Below are positions 1-10,417 of a stretch of DNA of 32,000 bases, one piece after another. The notes beneath the pieces were generated by a model. It was not told where the DNA came from. It searched no databases and saw only the letters and a program-made list of their open reading frames with translations. Both the position numbers and the translations under genes were made by a program. This DNA is from Candidatus Jordarchaeales archaeon (lineage in GTDB: Archaea; Asgardarchaeota; Jordiarchaeia; Jordiarchaeales; Freyrarchaeaceae), in contig JAWCFL010000003.1 in NCBI GenBank assembly GCA_038858525.1, positions 88,105 through 120,104 of the forward strand. Direction: 5' to 3'. The stretch's first letter is position 1, and every line of letters starts with the position of its first letter.

Positions 1-947
1 TCGATAAGTTTCTTGAAAAAGTTTTCATGTCTTGTGCACACCATTTTCTCTAAGTCCTTGTGTGCTTTAAGAAGTATTGTGGCTGCTGGGGCTTCGTAGA
101 CCTCGCGTGACTTTAAACCAACGATGCGGTCCTCCATGTGATCTATTCTTCCTACTCCGTGAGTGCCTCCGATCTGATTTAGCTTTGATATCAATGAAAC
201 TCCATCCATTTCTTCACCATTTAGAGCAACGGGAACACCTTCACTAAACTCTATTTCTAAGTATTCTGGGGACAACGGAGCTTCTTCAGGAGGTGACGTC
301 CAAGCGTATACCTCTTCAGGAGGTTCGAGAGATGGGTCTTCTAGTGGGCCACATTCTATGCTTCTCCCCCAGAGGTTTTCGTCTACACTGTAGGGGGAGT
401 CTATATTGACCGGGATCGGTATTCCATGTTTCTTAGCGTATTCTATTGCTTGATCCCTGCTTAGGTTCCATTCCACTACGGGAGCGATTATTTTTAGGTC
501 TGGTGCGAGAGTGGAAATTGTGACTGCAAAGCGGACTTGGTCGTTTCCTTTTCCTGTGCAGCCGTGCGCTATGGCGTCAGCACCTTCTCTCCGAGCGATT
601 TCTACACCCCACTTCGCGATGAGGGGACGTGAAAGGGATGTGCTTATGGGGTAGGCATCCTGGTATAGGGCATTGGCCTTTATGGCTGGAAAGACGAAGT
701 CTCTAACAAATTCCTCGCGAGCGTCTATGGTGTAATGTTTTTTGACTCCCAGCCGCCGGGCCTTCTCCTCTATCTCTCTGAAATCCTTAGATTGCCCTAG
801 GTTGAGGGTTAGGGAAATCACGTCTGCGTCGTAGTACTCCTGAATCCATTTAAGCATACAGCTGGTATCGAGTCCTCCCGAGTACAGTAAAACACAAAGG
901 TCAACTTCTCCAGGCGACGCGGAAAAAGACGCTATTTTTGCAGTCAA
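1..947 (-). CDS. argG: Argininosuccinate synthase, N-terminal part (runs off the left edge; absent from ORF track)
   Basis: Manual minus-strand translation gives VLLYSGGLDTS, AHGCTGKGNDQVRF, SVDENLWGRSIECG and DHMEDRIVGLKSREVYEAPAA, all ArgG motifs. TTG start at 947 (alternative 953) follows an AGGTG RBS; in-frame TAG upstream. Confidence 0.96.
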   Translation of the reverse strand, partial: MTAKIASFSASPGEVDLCVLLYSGGLDTSCMLKWIQEYYDADVISLTLNLGQSKDFREIEEKARRLGVKKHYTIDAREEFVRDFVFPAIKANALYQDAYPISTSLSRPLIAKWGVEIARREGADAIAHGCTGKGNDQVRFAVTISTLAPDLKIIAPVVEWNLSRDQAIEYAKKHGIPIPVNIDSPYSVDENLWGRSIECGPLEDPSLEPPEEVYAWTSPPEEAPLSPEYLEIEFSEGVPVALNGEEMDGVSLISKLNQIGGTHGVGRIDHMEDRIVGLKSREVYEAPAATILLKAHKDLEKMVCTRHENFFKKLI

Positions 948-1126
948 AGCCAAAGCACCTTGCTTAAAAGTTTTGCGGCTTATCTAAAAAAAGGCGATAT
1001 TTCAAAATGACGTATTTAATAAAACACTTTAGAAAGATCTAGTTCCAAACAGCACAAACGTGTAAAAGCTTAAATTATGAAAGCCACTTAAACAAAAATT
1101 AAAGTTGCTTTCTATGAGGGGAGCTA

Positions 1127-1882
1127 ATGGTTGAGGAGTGCGAACAAAAAGTTAGGAAAGCCGAGGAACATTTGAGAAAGGTGACCGACACCGTTGCAGG
1201 TCAAGAGTTTCTTGAAAAGGCGGCGGATACCATGAAGGAAGCAGGGGACTGCTACAGGCAACATGGTGCTTTTGAAAAAGCGATAGAAGCCTACTCGAGG
1301 GCACTAGAAATGCATCTTAAACTGGGGTATGATATTTCGGCTGCAAAAGACTATGAGGATATGGCTTTTTGCTACGAGAAAATGGGAAAGAGCGGAGAGT
1401 TTAAGCGTTTAGCATACAATGCAGCGAAAATATACGTTGAAAGAGGAAGAAAGCTTGAGGAAATGGGAAACCTTGGATCAGCAGCTCTTTCATACGTTAA
1501 CGCCGCAACCATATACAAGAAAATAGGGGAAAGAGAGCAGTACATGGAAAAGCTTGCCCTAGCAGCTGAGAACTTTAAGCAATATGGGGAAATATGGTGT
1601 GACGAAGAGGACTATGATTATGGAGTCATGAATTTGAGCTGGGCAGTTATCTGTCGAATGGCTTTAGGAGAGATTGAAGTTGCAAAAGAACTGATCAATA
1701 TGATTGTCTCTCTTTGCGAAGAGAAAAAAGTGGAGGAAGAGTCCAGAAAATTTATTGACGCAACTAGGAGGTTCGTCTACGGAGAGCTTAAAGCCAAAGA
1801 GTTTATTAAAATAATATCGTCAGAGCTCGACGAAGCCGAGGAAAAAGTAATCAGAGAAATGCTTTACGAAAGAGAGGAATAA
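1127..1882 (+). CDS. SNAP-like (alpha-SNAP/Sec17-like) TPR helical-repeat protein
   Basis: Ala-rich helical hairpins LEKAADTMKEAGDCYRQHGAFEKAIEAYSRALEMHLKLGYDISAAKDYEDMAFCYEK match the spacing of alpha-SNAP repeats as I recall them; GAGGGG RBS upstream. Confidence 0.65.
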   Translation: MVEECEQKVRKAEEHLRKVTDTVAGQEFLEKAADTMKEAGDCYRQHGAFEKAIEAYSRALEMHLKLGYDISAAKDYEDMAFCYEKMGKSGEFKRLAYNAAKIYVERGRKLEEMGNLGSAALSYVNAATIYKKIGEREQYMEKLALAAENFKQYGEIWCDEEDYDYGVMNLSWAVICRMALGEIEVAKELINMIVSLCEEKKVEEESRKFIDATRRFVYGELKAKEFIKIISSELDEAEEKVIREMLYEREE

Positions 1883-2460
1883 AATGAGATTTTTCTTCTA
1901 AAGAAGTATTCAGTTATGCAAAAGCAAGGTTGACGTTTCATTATCAAAACGGAATTTAGGTCTCCATAACTCGAGGAGGACTTGTACTGAAAAGTGCAGT
2001 ACTAATTAAGATTCCTGCCGCATGTAAGAGCACTTCGCGTTCTTCGTTATTTTATTCTCTTAGAGTCAATCAATGTTTCAATGACAGGCTTTTCAGCACC
2101 AGGAGGCCAGCACTGGAATATTCTACCGCAACAATACTGGATAGGACTACACTGAGATCCCTTTTAATCTATTCTACAGAGGGGGAACTCTTCACTTTCC
2201 AGAAAACAATATAGCAACAATGGGGAGTTCCACTTAAAACGCCCTCTAAGAACAGCAGTTTTTAAGTCTTAACGGAAATATAATTGTCATTTTTGAATAA
2301 AGTTTCCTAGTTGAGGGGAGTGCAACTATTTCCTTTTAGATCTGAGTGGGAAATTTTTTCTCAAGACCCTAATGCATAAACTCTCACATAAAACTCTTTG
2401 TCTATCGAAAAATCGAGCGATGCCTGAAATGCTCCATACGTAGGGTTAAGCAGCAGTTCC

Positions 2461-3657
2461 TGAATAGTTAACTATAAACAATTAGAGTAATGCTCTAATT
2501 GTGGAAATAACACTTTCAGTACCGTTCGGTTATGAGCAGAGCGAGGAAATACGAAAACTCTTAGAAGACTTCAGAGATATGCTGAATTTCTGCATTGAAA
2601 GGGCGTTAAAGGATAACATAACCAGCTATGCTAGGCTGAGGAAGCATATCTATCGAGAATGGAAGTCGAGGTGGGGCTACTCAACGCACTTCTGCCACTC
2701 AGCGTGTTTAATAGCCACCTCGATGCTTAAAAGCTGGAGAAAGCTTAAACGTAAAGGTATAGCTAAAGGTGAGAAGCCGTTAGCTAAAAAGCTCTTCATG
2801 CGACTGGATCCGCAGCTCTATAAGTTCTACGGCGATAAAATCCGGATATCGGTTAGACATAGGAAGTTCCTGTTCATAAATCTAAAGTATGGTGAGTACC
2901 AGAAAAGGTTCATAGAGGCTTGGAAAGAGGGTAAGCTGAAGACTGGCGAGATAACGATAAATGAAGGCAAAATAGTGGTGCCGTTCAAAAAGGATGTAGA
3001 TTTATCGAGTCCCTGTGACTGGATAGCAATAGATATTAATGAGTCAAACGTTACGGCAGTAAGCTCCAACCCACACATCTTAAGAATTGAAAGCAGCCTC
3101 AGAACAATCCATACCACCTACTTCAACATTACCAGAAGAATCCAGAGGTTGAAGAAGTTTAAGCCTAAGACCGCTGAGAGGCTGCTTAAGAAGTATTCTG
3201 GCAGAGAGAAGCGCAAGGCTAAAGATGAATGCCACAAAATAGCCAGGAAAATCGTGAACTTCGCAAAGCAACACCACACGGGGATAATCATGGAAGACCT
3301 CAAAGGAATTAGAAGAAGAATCAGCCACAATAAAAACCTCAACCGCAGACTACACTCATGGAACTTCACAAGACTACAGTTCTGCGTCGAGTATAAAGCA
3401 AAATTAAACGGATTACCCGTGATTCATGTTGAACCAAAAGGTACTTCAAGCCTGTGCCCGATATGTGGTGGGAAGCTGGCACCGAATGGGTACAGGCTTT
3501 CGAAGTGTAATGGTTGCGGCTATGAAAACGACAGGGACATAATAGCGTGCTTAAACATGCTCAGGATGTGGGGAGTCCCGCTGCCCCCGAAAGCCGCCCA
3601 TGAGACTCCAGCCGAGGCGGAACGGATAGTTATAAAAAGCTAACTATCCGACAACGG
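2461..3657 (+). mobile_element. Non-autonomous tnpB-only IS200/IS605-type element (ends approximate)
   Basis: tnpB with no adjacent tnpA; left-side palindrome ATAGTTAACTAT (2464-2475) and hairpin CAATTAGAG/CTCTAATTG (2479-2501); right-side hairpin CGGATAGTTA/TAACTATCCG (3623-3650). Confidence 0.7.
2501..3643 (+). CDS. tnpB: TnpB RNA-guided endonuclease (IS200/IS605 family)
   Basis: RuvC-I IAIDINESN, RuvC-II IIMEDLKGI, zinc finger CPICG...CNGCG, RuvC-III DRDIIACLNM; all three acidic catalytic residues present. Confidence 0.95.
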   Translation: MEITLSVPFGYEQSEEIRKLLEDFRDMLNFCIERALKDNITSYARLRKHIYREWKSRWGYSTHFCHSACLIATSMLKSWRKLKRKGIAKGEKPLAKKLFMRLDPQLYKFYGDKIRISVRHRKFLFINLKYGEYQKRFIEAWKEGKLKTGEITINEGKIVVPFKKDVDLSSPCDWIAIDINESNVTAVSSNPHILRIESSLRTIHTTYFNITRRIQRLKKFKPKTAERLLKKYSGREKRKAKDECHKIARKIVNFAKQHHTGIIMEDLKGIRRRISHNKNLNRRLHSWNFTRLQFCVEYKAKLNGLPVIHVEPKGTSSLCPICGGKLAPNGYRLSKCNGCGYENDRDIIACLNMLRMWGVPLPPKAAHETPAEAERIVIKS

Positions 3658-3677
3658 TAATTCAAGTACCATACGCT
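3560..3677 (+). ncRNA. Putative TnpB omega/reRNA scaffold overlapping the tnpB 3' end, plus flanking guide
   Basis: GC-rich GATGTGGGGAG...CCCCCGAAAG segment and terminal hairpin at the tnpB 3' end, where reRNAs are known to be encoded; boundaries inferred. Confidence 0.45.
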
Positions 3678-3767
3678 AGTTATTCACTATGTAAAGGAGC
3701 AATGTTGTTTGGTTTAGTGGAACAAAAATTTTCTCTTAATTTTTGAACCTTTTTTGAAATAAACAAA

Positions 3768-3777
3768 TTTATATAAG
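3768..3777 (+). promoter_or_regulatory. Archaeal TATA box
   Basis: TTTATATAAG preceded by A-rich BRE-like sequence, about 20-28 nt upstream of the 3796 start. Confidence 0.5.
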
Positions 3778-3795
3778 TAAGAAAATGTTCTTAGA

Positions 3796-4707
3796 GTGGA
3801 GAACACTTTAGAGAGAGAGGGTGCAATATTGGTGGAAGAAGGAAGTGAAGACGCTAAGAAGAAAGCGGCGTACTATGAGGACACGGCTAAGATACTATTA
3901 GAGGAAGGTATACACGACGTAGCAGTGGACTTTTACACGTTGGCGGGAATGTACAGCTTACTTGCTGGAGATGAAGATGGTAGAAAATACATTGACAAAG
4001 CTGTTGAGATCTGTAAGAATTATGGGGTTTCAGGTCATAGGGAAGTCTTTGCAAGCATAGGTGTACGAATATTTGAAGGGAAATATGAGGGAATAGAAGA
4101 GGAGTGGAGTGAGATAAGAGGAGAGTATTCTGAGGAGGAGGACCAATTAGTTAGAGAGTTACTGGAAAAGTTAAAGAGAAGATCCGTTGAGGTAGAACAA
4201 GTTGTTGTTCAAGAAGCAGAGGAGTGGGAGATAGCGGAGGGTGGTGAGGGGCAATTTGAGGGGCAGAGCAGTGAGCAAGCAACTGAGGGAATACTCTTAG
4301 GGGAGGGAGCCAGAGTTGAGGAGGTTAAGACTGAGGAGGAAAGGGTTGAAGTAGCGGTAATAGACCCACGAAATGTTTACGGTAGAATAAAAATCAGCGA
4401 GATCGCTTGGCGTGCAGGGGAAAATACTGAGCGCGTAAGGCAAGTTTTATCTACTTTAATTCAAAGTGGAAGAATCCCAGGTAAGATTGAGGGAAATGAA
4501 TACATTCAAGATGAAGGTATAGTATGCCAGACTATTCAAGCAATTTCTAAGCCTCAGCGGACTAACGAAAAAACGGGTTTCCTGTCAGCATTGAAGGAAA
4601 GGGATGTCGCTGCTCCTACCAAGCCAGGCTATAAGAGATGCGGGGTTTGCGGGGAAGAGATACCGGAGGCTTTTATGGTTTGCACTTATTGTGGAGCGCG
4701 TCAGTAG
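3796..4707 (+). CDS. SNAP/TPR-like helical domain + acidic linker + PCI-type winged helix + C-terminal zinc ribbon
   Basis: N-terminal helical repeats; Glu-rich linker; NVYGRIKISEIAWRAGENTERVRQVLSTLIQSGRIPGKIEGNEY fits the PCI winged-helix pattern; CGVCG...CTYCG zinc ribbon. Confidence 0.65.
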   Translation: MENTLEREGAILVEEGSEDAKKKAAYYEDTAKILLEEGIHDVAVDFYTLAGMYSLLAGDEDGRKYIDKAVEICKNYGVSGHREVFASIGVRIFEGKYEGIEEEWSEIRGEYSEEEDQLVRELLEKLKRRSVEVEQVVVQEAEEWEIAEGGEGQFEGQSSEQATEGILLGEGARVEEVKTEEERVEVAVIDPRNVYGRIKISEIAWRAGENTERVRQVLSTLIQSGRIPGKIEGNEYIQDEGIVCQTIQAISKPQRTNEKTGFLSALKERDVAAPTKPGYKRCGVCGEEIPEAFMVCTYCGARQ

Positions 4708-4717
4708 CCGATTTTTC

Positions 4718-5443
4718 TTAAAGTGCCTCTCCGAATTGGGAGGCAAGTTTTCGCAGCAGAAGTATGCGATCTTCGAGTATTTTGTAGGCGCGGAGGGACT
4801 CGCTTCTTTTTACTATTAAAATAGTGTCTGTATAGCATGAAATAATTTGAGTAATGTTCACGTTATTACCAGCCAACAGGTCAGTTATGTATGAAATTAC
4901 GCCTGGTACCTCAATTATCTGTGGAGGGCTTATGATTATTATTGCAGATTGGTCTTCTAAGATCTCTATTATGCTTTTTTTGTCTAAAAGTTCAATTATC
5001 TTTGACTTAGTTTTTAAGTCGGTTACCACGGTAAATGCCGATGTGCCTTGGGTGACTTGTAGGAAACGTGATGATTCGACTAGCTTCACGATTTTGTCTA
5101 TGTAAATCGGGAAAGACGAGTAACTTATCGTTAGAACGGCTACATCGTTTTTAAGTTCAAGTATGCTACGCTCAAGGATCTTGGAGATCTGCTGCTCTAC
5201 GGTTTGTCTCTTACGCCTTAGTTCCTCAGCATATCGCATTAAAGCCATCTTTATTGAGTCAACGTTAACCGATTTTCGTCCACATAAAGCTGCAACTTGA
5301 TCCTTAATAGACTCCGCTAGCGCTGAGAAGTTCACTACACCCTGCTTAAGACAATCCATCACGGAAGGTTTAGTATCAATTATCTGCCTTGACGCTTCAG
5401 CTACTGATAAAGGCTTTTCGGGCTGTGTAGAATTTATAGGCAT
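4718..5443 (-). CDS. Archaeal ACT-domain protein (N-terminal helical domain, tandem ACT-like folds)
   Basis: DCLKQGVVNFSALAESI N-terminus and IIEVPGVISYITDLLAGNNVNITQIISCYTDTILIV ACT signature. Confidence 0.8.
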   Translation of the reverse strand: MPINSTQPEKPLSVAEASRQIIDTKPSVMDCLKQGVVNFSALAESIKDQVAALCGRKSVNVDSIKMALMRYAEELRRKRQTVEQQISKILERSILELKNDVAVLTISYSSFPIYIDKIVKLVESSRFLQVTQGTSAFTVVTDLKTKSKIIELLDKKSIIEILEDQSAIIIISPPQIIEVPGVISYITDLLAGNNVNITQIISCYTDTILIVKRSESLRAYKILEDRILLLRKLASQFGEAL

Positions 5444-5457
5444 CTTTCTTCCCTCAC

Positions 5458-6537
5458 TTAATTATCTTCTTCAGCGTCACTCACTAGGTTAGATGAGAGA
5501 TGAGAGAGCTTTAACTTGAGTTCCTCTGGTGTTTGATTTAAAAGGAGGGTTTTAAGGGATTTCTTGAGATGCTGAAGTACTGCATCTGGCAGATAATTTA
5601 TTAAAAAAGTTCCCGATAGTTCTTTGAAAAGTAACTGTAGTAGTGATGATAAAAGGAAATTGTCTTGGTTTTTTGCAGAAAGAGAACTTATGAGGGACAC
5701 TAATGAGATAGTTATGGGTGGCCTTTTTAGTATGTCTAGGGCTAAGGTAGGGTCAGAGCATAATAGAACATTTAACACCATCTGAACTATGTTTGGATTT
5801 TTAATTTTAAATGCGGCGTCGATACATTCAGAAACCAGTTTGGATGCTTGTTCTAAATGCTCCTTTGAATCATTATTACTGGTCAATGTGGCAAACCAAT
5901 TCTTAATAAGAGACTGAGTGGAGGCAAATTGTTCTCTCGAGGACGTTACAGTTAACGAGTTTATGAGGCGGATGAGGGATTCTCTAACAAGAGAGTGAAC
6001 TTGACGTTCTTTTTCCTTATCGCCCAGCTCTGTGCAGCATTTTATGGCGAAAAGATAGTGAGTTACGGCAGAGTCGTATTCATTGTTAGAAAAAGAAGAA
6101 GCTGCAGAACTAAGTGAAAGGTCGCATGCTTTTAGTAGGAGGCGTTTAGCAGTATCTTGGTCCCCGAGTGATGAACTGCACTTGGCAGCTCTGAATAGAA
6201 AGGATGCTCTGTCGAGCACGGATATTTCAGACGTTCTTGATGCAAGGAGGAACTCTGTAAACGCCTTCCTTAGGCATGTTTTCTCATATGAGGCTTTCCC
6301 GGATAAGTTGAAGTACTTTGCTGCTTGTTCATATATGGCGGCTGCAGTCGCATGGTTGCCGCTCTTAAGCCAGCAATCCCCTGATTTGGCGGCGAACTCT
6401 CCTGCAAGCTCAAATGCTCCGTCTTTTTCCGCCATGAGAGATAAAACTTGAAACTCTCTTGCAGCGCTAAGGAATCTGCCCACTTCAAGATTCCTTTCAG
6501 CGTCTTTTTTCAGGTGCTCGTATGGAGGAGCATCCAT
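5458..6537 (-). CDS. Second SNAP/TPR-like helical-repeat protein with alpha-solenoid C-terminus
   Basis: AGEFAAKSGDCWLKSGNHATAAAIYEQAAKYF and AVTHYLFAIKCCTELGD repeats; ATG at 6537 has a GGTGA RBS (ORF track starts at 6567). Confidence 0.55.
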   Translation of the reverse strand: MDAPPYEHLKKDAERNLEVGRFLSAAREFQVLSLMAEKDGAFELAGEFAAKSGDCWLKSGNHATAAAIYEQAAKYFNLSGKASYEKTCLRKAFTEFLLASRTSEISVLDRASFLFRAAKCSSSLGDQDTAKRLLLKACDLSLSSAASSFSNNEYDSAVTHYLFAIKCCTELGDKEKERQVHSLVRESLIRLINSLTVTSSREQFASTQSLIKNWFATLTSNNDSKEHLEQASKLVSECIDAAFKIKNPNIVQMVLNVLLCSDPTLALDILKRPPITISLVSLISSLSAKNQDNFLLSSLLQLLFKELSGTFLINYLPDAVLQHLKKSLKTLLLNQTPEELKLKLSHLSSNLVSDAEEDN

Positions 6538-6567
6538 GAAATCACCGTCCACTGAAAAGCGTTTCAA

Positions 6568-6595
6568 TAAAAAGTAAGGGGCACTTTACTTTTTA
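6568..6595. promoter_or_regulatory. Perfect 10-bp inverted repeat in the divergent promoter region
   Basis: TAAAAAGTAA-ggggcact-TTACTTTTTA between the SNAP-like gene and cdc48. Confidence 0.45.
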
Positions 6596-6719
6596 AGTTA
6601 TTTATAAAATTGAAGTTTTTAATGTTCTAATAATATCCGAGAAGGCGGTGGATTGTTAAGCGAGGTGTAATTTTATATAGTGTTATTGCGAGTTTGTATT
6701 CTTGATGTAGGAAAGTTGA

Positions 6720-8969
<2,250 letters not shown>

Positions 8970-8980
8970 ACATTTTCATT

Positions 8981-9541
8981 TCATTGTCCAATTGGCTGAT
9001 TAACTGACCTTTTGCTTTTTCTATAAAGAATTAAACCAGTAGCTGAGAATATGCATGCCGGGGAAAAGCACACAATGAAAATTAGGCATGAAATGTAAAC
9101 ATCAAGGGGAAAGAGGGCCTGCAAGAGGTAGGGTGGGAAAAACTGAGTTACAGTATAGGAGTTCAGGAGGGGGCGGAGGAAGAGATATGCTAAAGGAAGT
9201 GTGGAAAGGCTCCCCAAAGATAAACCCATTTTAACTAGTTGCAAACCAATTCGTTCCGCCCTCTGGAATAGAAGAAACTTTTCTTCTAGGTTTTCCGCCA
9301 CCTGCCTAGAGTAAATAAGCACACATAATGCACATGAAAATGCAAGTAAAATTCCGCCTATTGTTGCCATGTAGAGGAGTTCTGACGGCATAGGAAAGGC
9401 GTGTGCTGTTAGGTAAGCGGCAAATGCGGTTGTAACTCCTAGAGACGAGGAAGCAATACATATGAAAAATACTTTAGTCCAATGATCAACGGCGCTAGAA
9501 TGACGCAAAAGTCCCGCCTCCAGAGGCAGATAAACCAACAC
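8981..9541 (-). CDS. Hypothetical membrane protein (about 4 TM segments)
   Basis: Four long hydrophobic stretches; fills the gap between cdc48 and the tRNA without overlap. Confidence 0.6.
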   Translation of the reverse strand: MLVYLPLEAGLLRHSSAVDHWTKVFFICIASSSLGVTTAFAAYLTAHAFPMPSELLYMATIGGILLAFSCALCVLIYSRQVAENLEEKFLLFQRAERIGLQLVKMGLSLGSLSTLPLAYLFLRPLLNSYTVTQFFPPYLLQALFPLDVYISCLIFIVCFSPACIFSATGLILYRKSKRSVNQPIGQ

Positions 9542-9637
9542 TTAAATCAAGGATAAAAGTTTTTCTAGAAAAAGCCGACGATGGCTTTCACACCAAAAAA
9601 TTATAAGGGCGAGTTTAATAAACATTAAACCCGAATG

Positions 9638-9766
9638 GGGCTGGTAGCTCAGAGGCTGCCGCCGGGAAACTAGGTAGAGCTCCAAAGGAGCTCGCCTAAA
9701 GCGCCGGACTAAATATGGGTGAAGCTTTTAACCCGGCGGCCGCGGGTTCGAATCCCGCCCAGCCCG
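9638..9766 (+). tRNA. tRNA-Lys(UUU) with three introns (9653-9669 at 15/16, 9678-9699 at 22/23, 9708-9723 at 30/31)
   Basis: Acceptor GGGCTGG/CCAGCCC plus discriminator G, D stem GCTC/GAGC, anticodon stem CCGGG/CCCGG with loop CT-TTT-AA, T arm GCGGG-TTCGAAT-CCCGC. Removing 17+22+16 nt gives a 74-nt cloverleaf. CCA not encoded. Confidence 0.9.
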
Positions 9767-9949
9767 CTAATCTCCTTCTACGTTCTAAGTGAATGACCGC
9801 TTGTTTTGAGAGTGGAATCACATTATAGGCCCTTTGAGTGTTTTAGGAGGAGAAAAGAAAAAAAGATATATAGGAAGGAACGTTTTATTGACCGCATTTC
9901 CGGAAGGAGCTTTCTTACTTAAGTGTTCGTGGTGAAGAGGGGCTACGTT

Positions 9950-10417
9950 ATGCGAGACGGGGAAGTTGATGAGATTGACAGGAAAATTCTTTCGATTCTT
10001 CTTGATGATGGAAGAAAGAGTTTTAACGAGATTTCATTGATGGTTGGGGTTAGCACAGGGACTGTGGCGAATAGAGTTAGGAAGCTTATAGAGAGGGGGG
10101 TTATTAAGAGGTTTACCGTTGAACTGGATTGGAGGAAACTTGGTTTTGATGTTTTCGCCATTATTCTTATAGAAGCTGAGATCGGGAAAGTTAAGGATGT
10201 TTCTGAGGAGCTTTATTCTTATCCTGAAGTTGGTGAGGTATATACGGGTATTGGGGGGACGCCTCACATAGTAGCTTTTGTTAGAGCAAGTGAGGTTAAT
10301 GATCTTTTTTCATTCATGCAGAATAAAGTAGCTGTGCTTGAAGGAATTAAGAGTGTCCGCTCAGTAATAGTTGGTGAAAGTAGGAAAAATAAGTCGAGCT
10401 TAGATTATTCCTTCTAA
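9950..10417 (+). CDS. Lrp/AsnC family transcriptional regulator
   Basis: [54 protein letters not shown] plus C-terminal RAM domain; ATG at 9950 preferred to GTG 9923. Confidence 0.93.
   Translation: MRDGEVDEIDRKILSILLDDGRKSFNEISLMVGVSTGTVANRVRKLIERGVIKRFTVELDWRKLGFDVFAIILIEAEIGKVKDVSEELYSYPEVGEVYTGIGGTPHIVAFVRASEVNDLFSFMQNKVAVLEGIKSVRSVIVGESRKNKSSLDYSF

Noticed and set aside
1883-2460. Long intergenic stretch with a short minus-strand open frame (...QYCCGRIFQCWPPGAEKPVIETLIDSKRIK) and 6-7 bp inverted repeats
   Set aside because: No start codon or RBS and no family recognised; repeats of this length are expected by chance. A gene remnant cannot be excluded.
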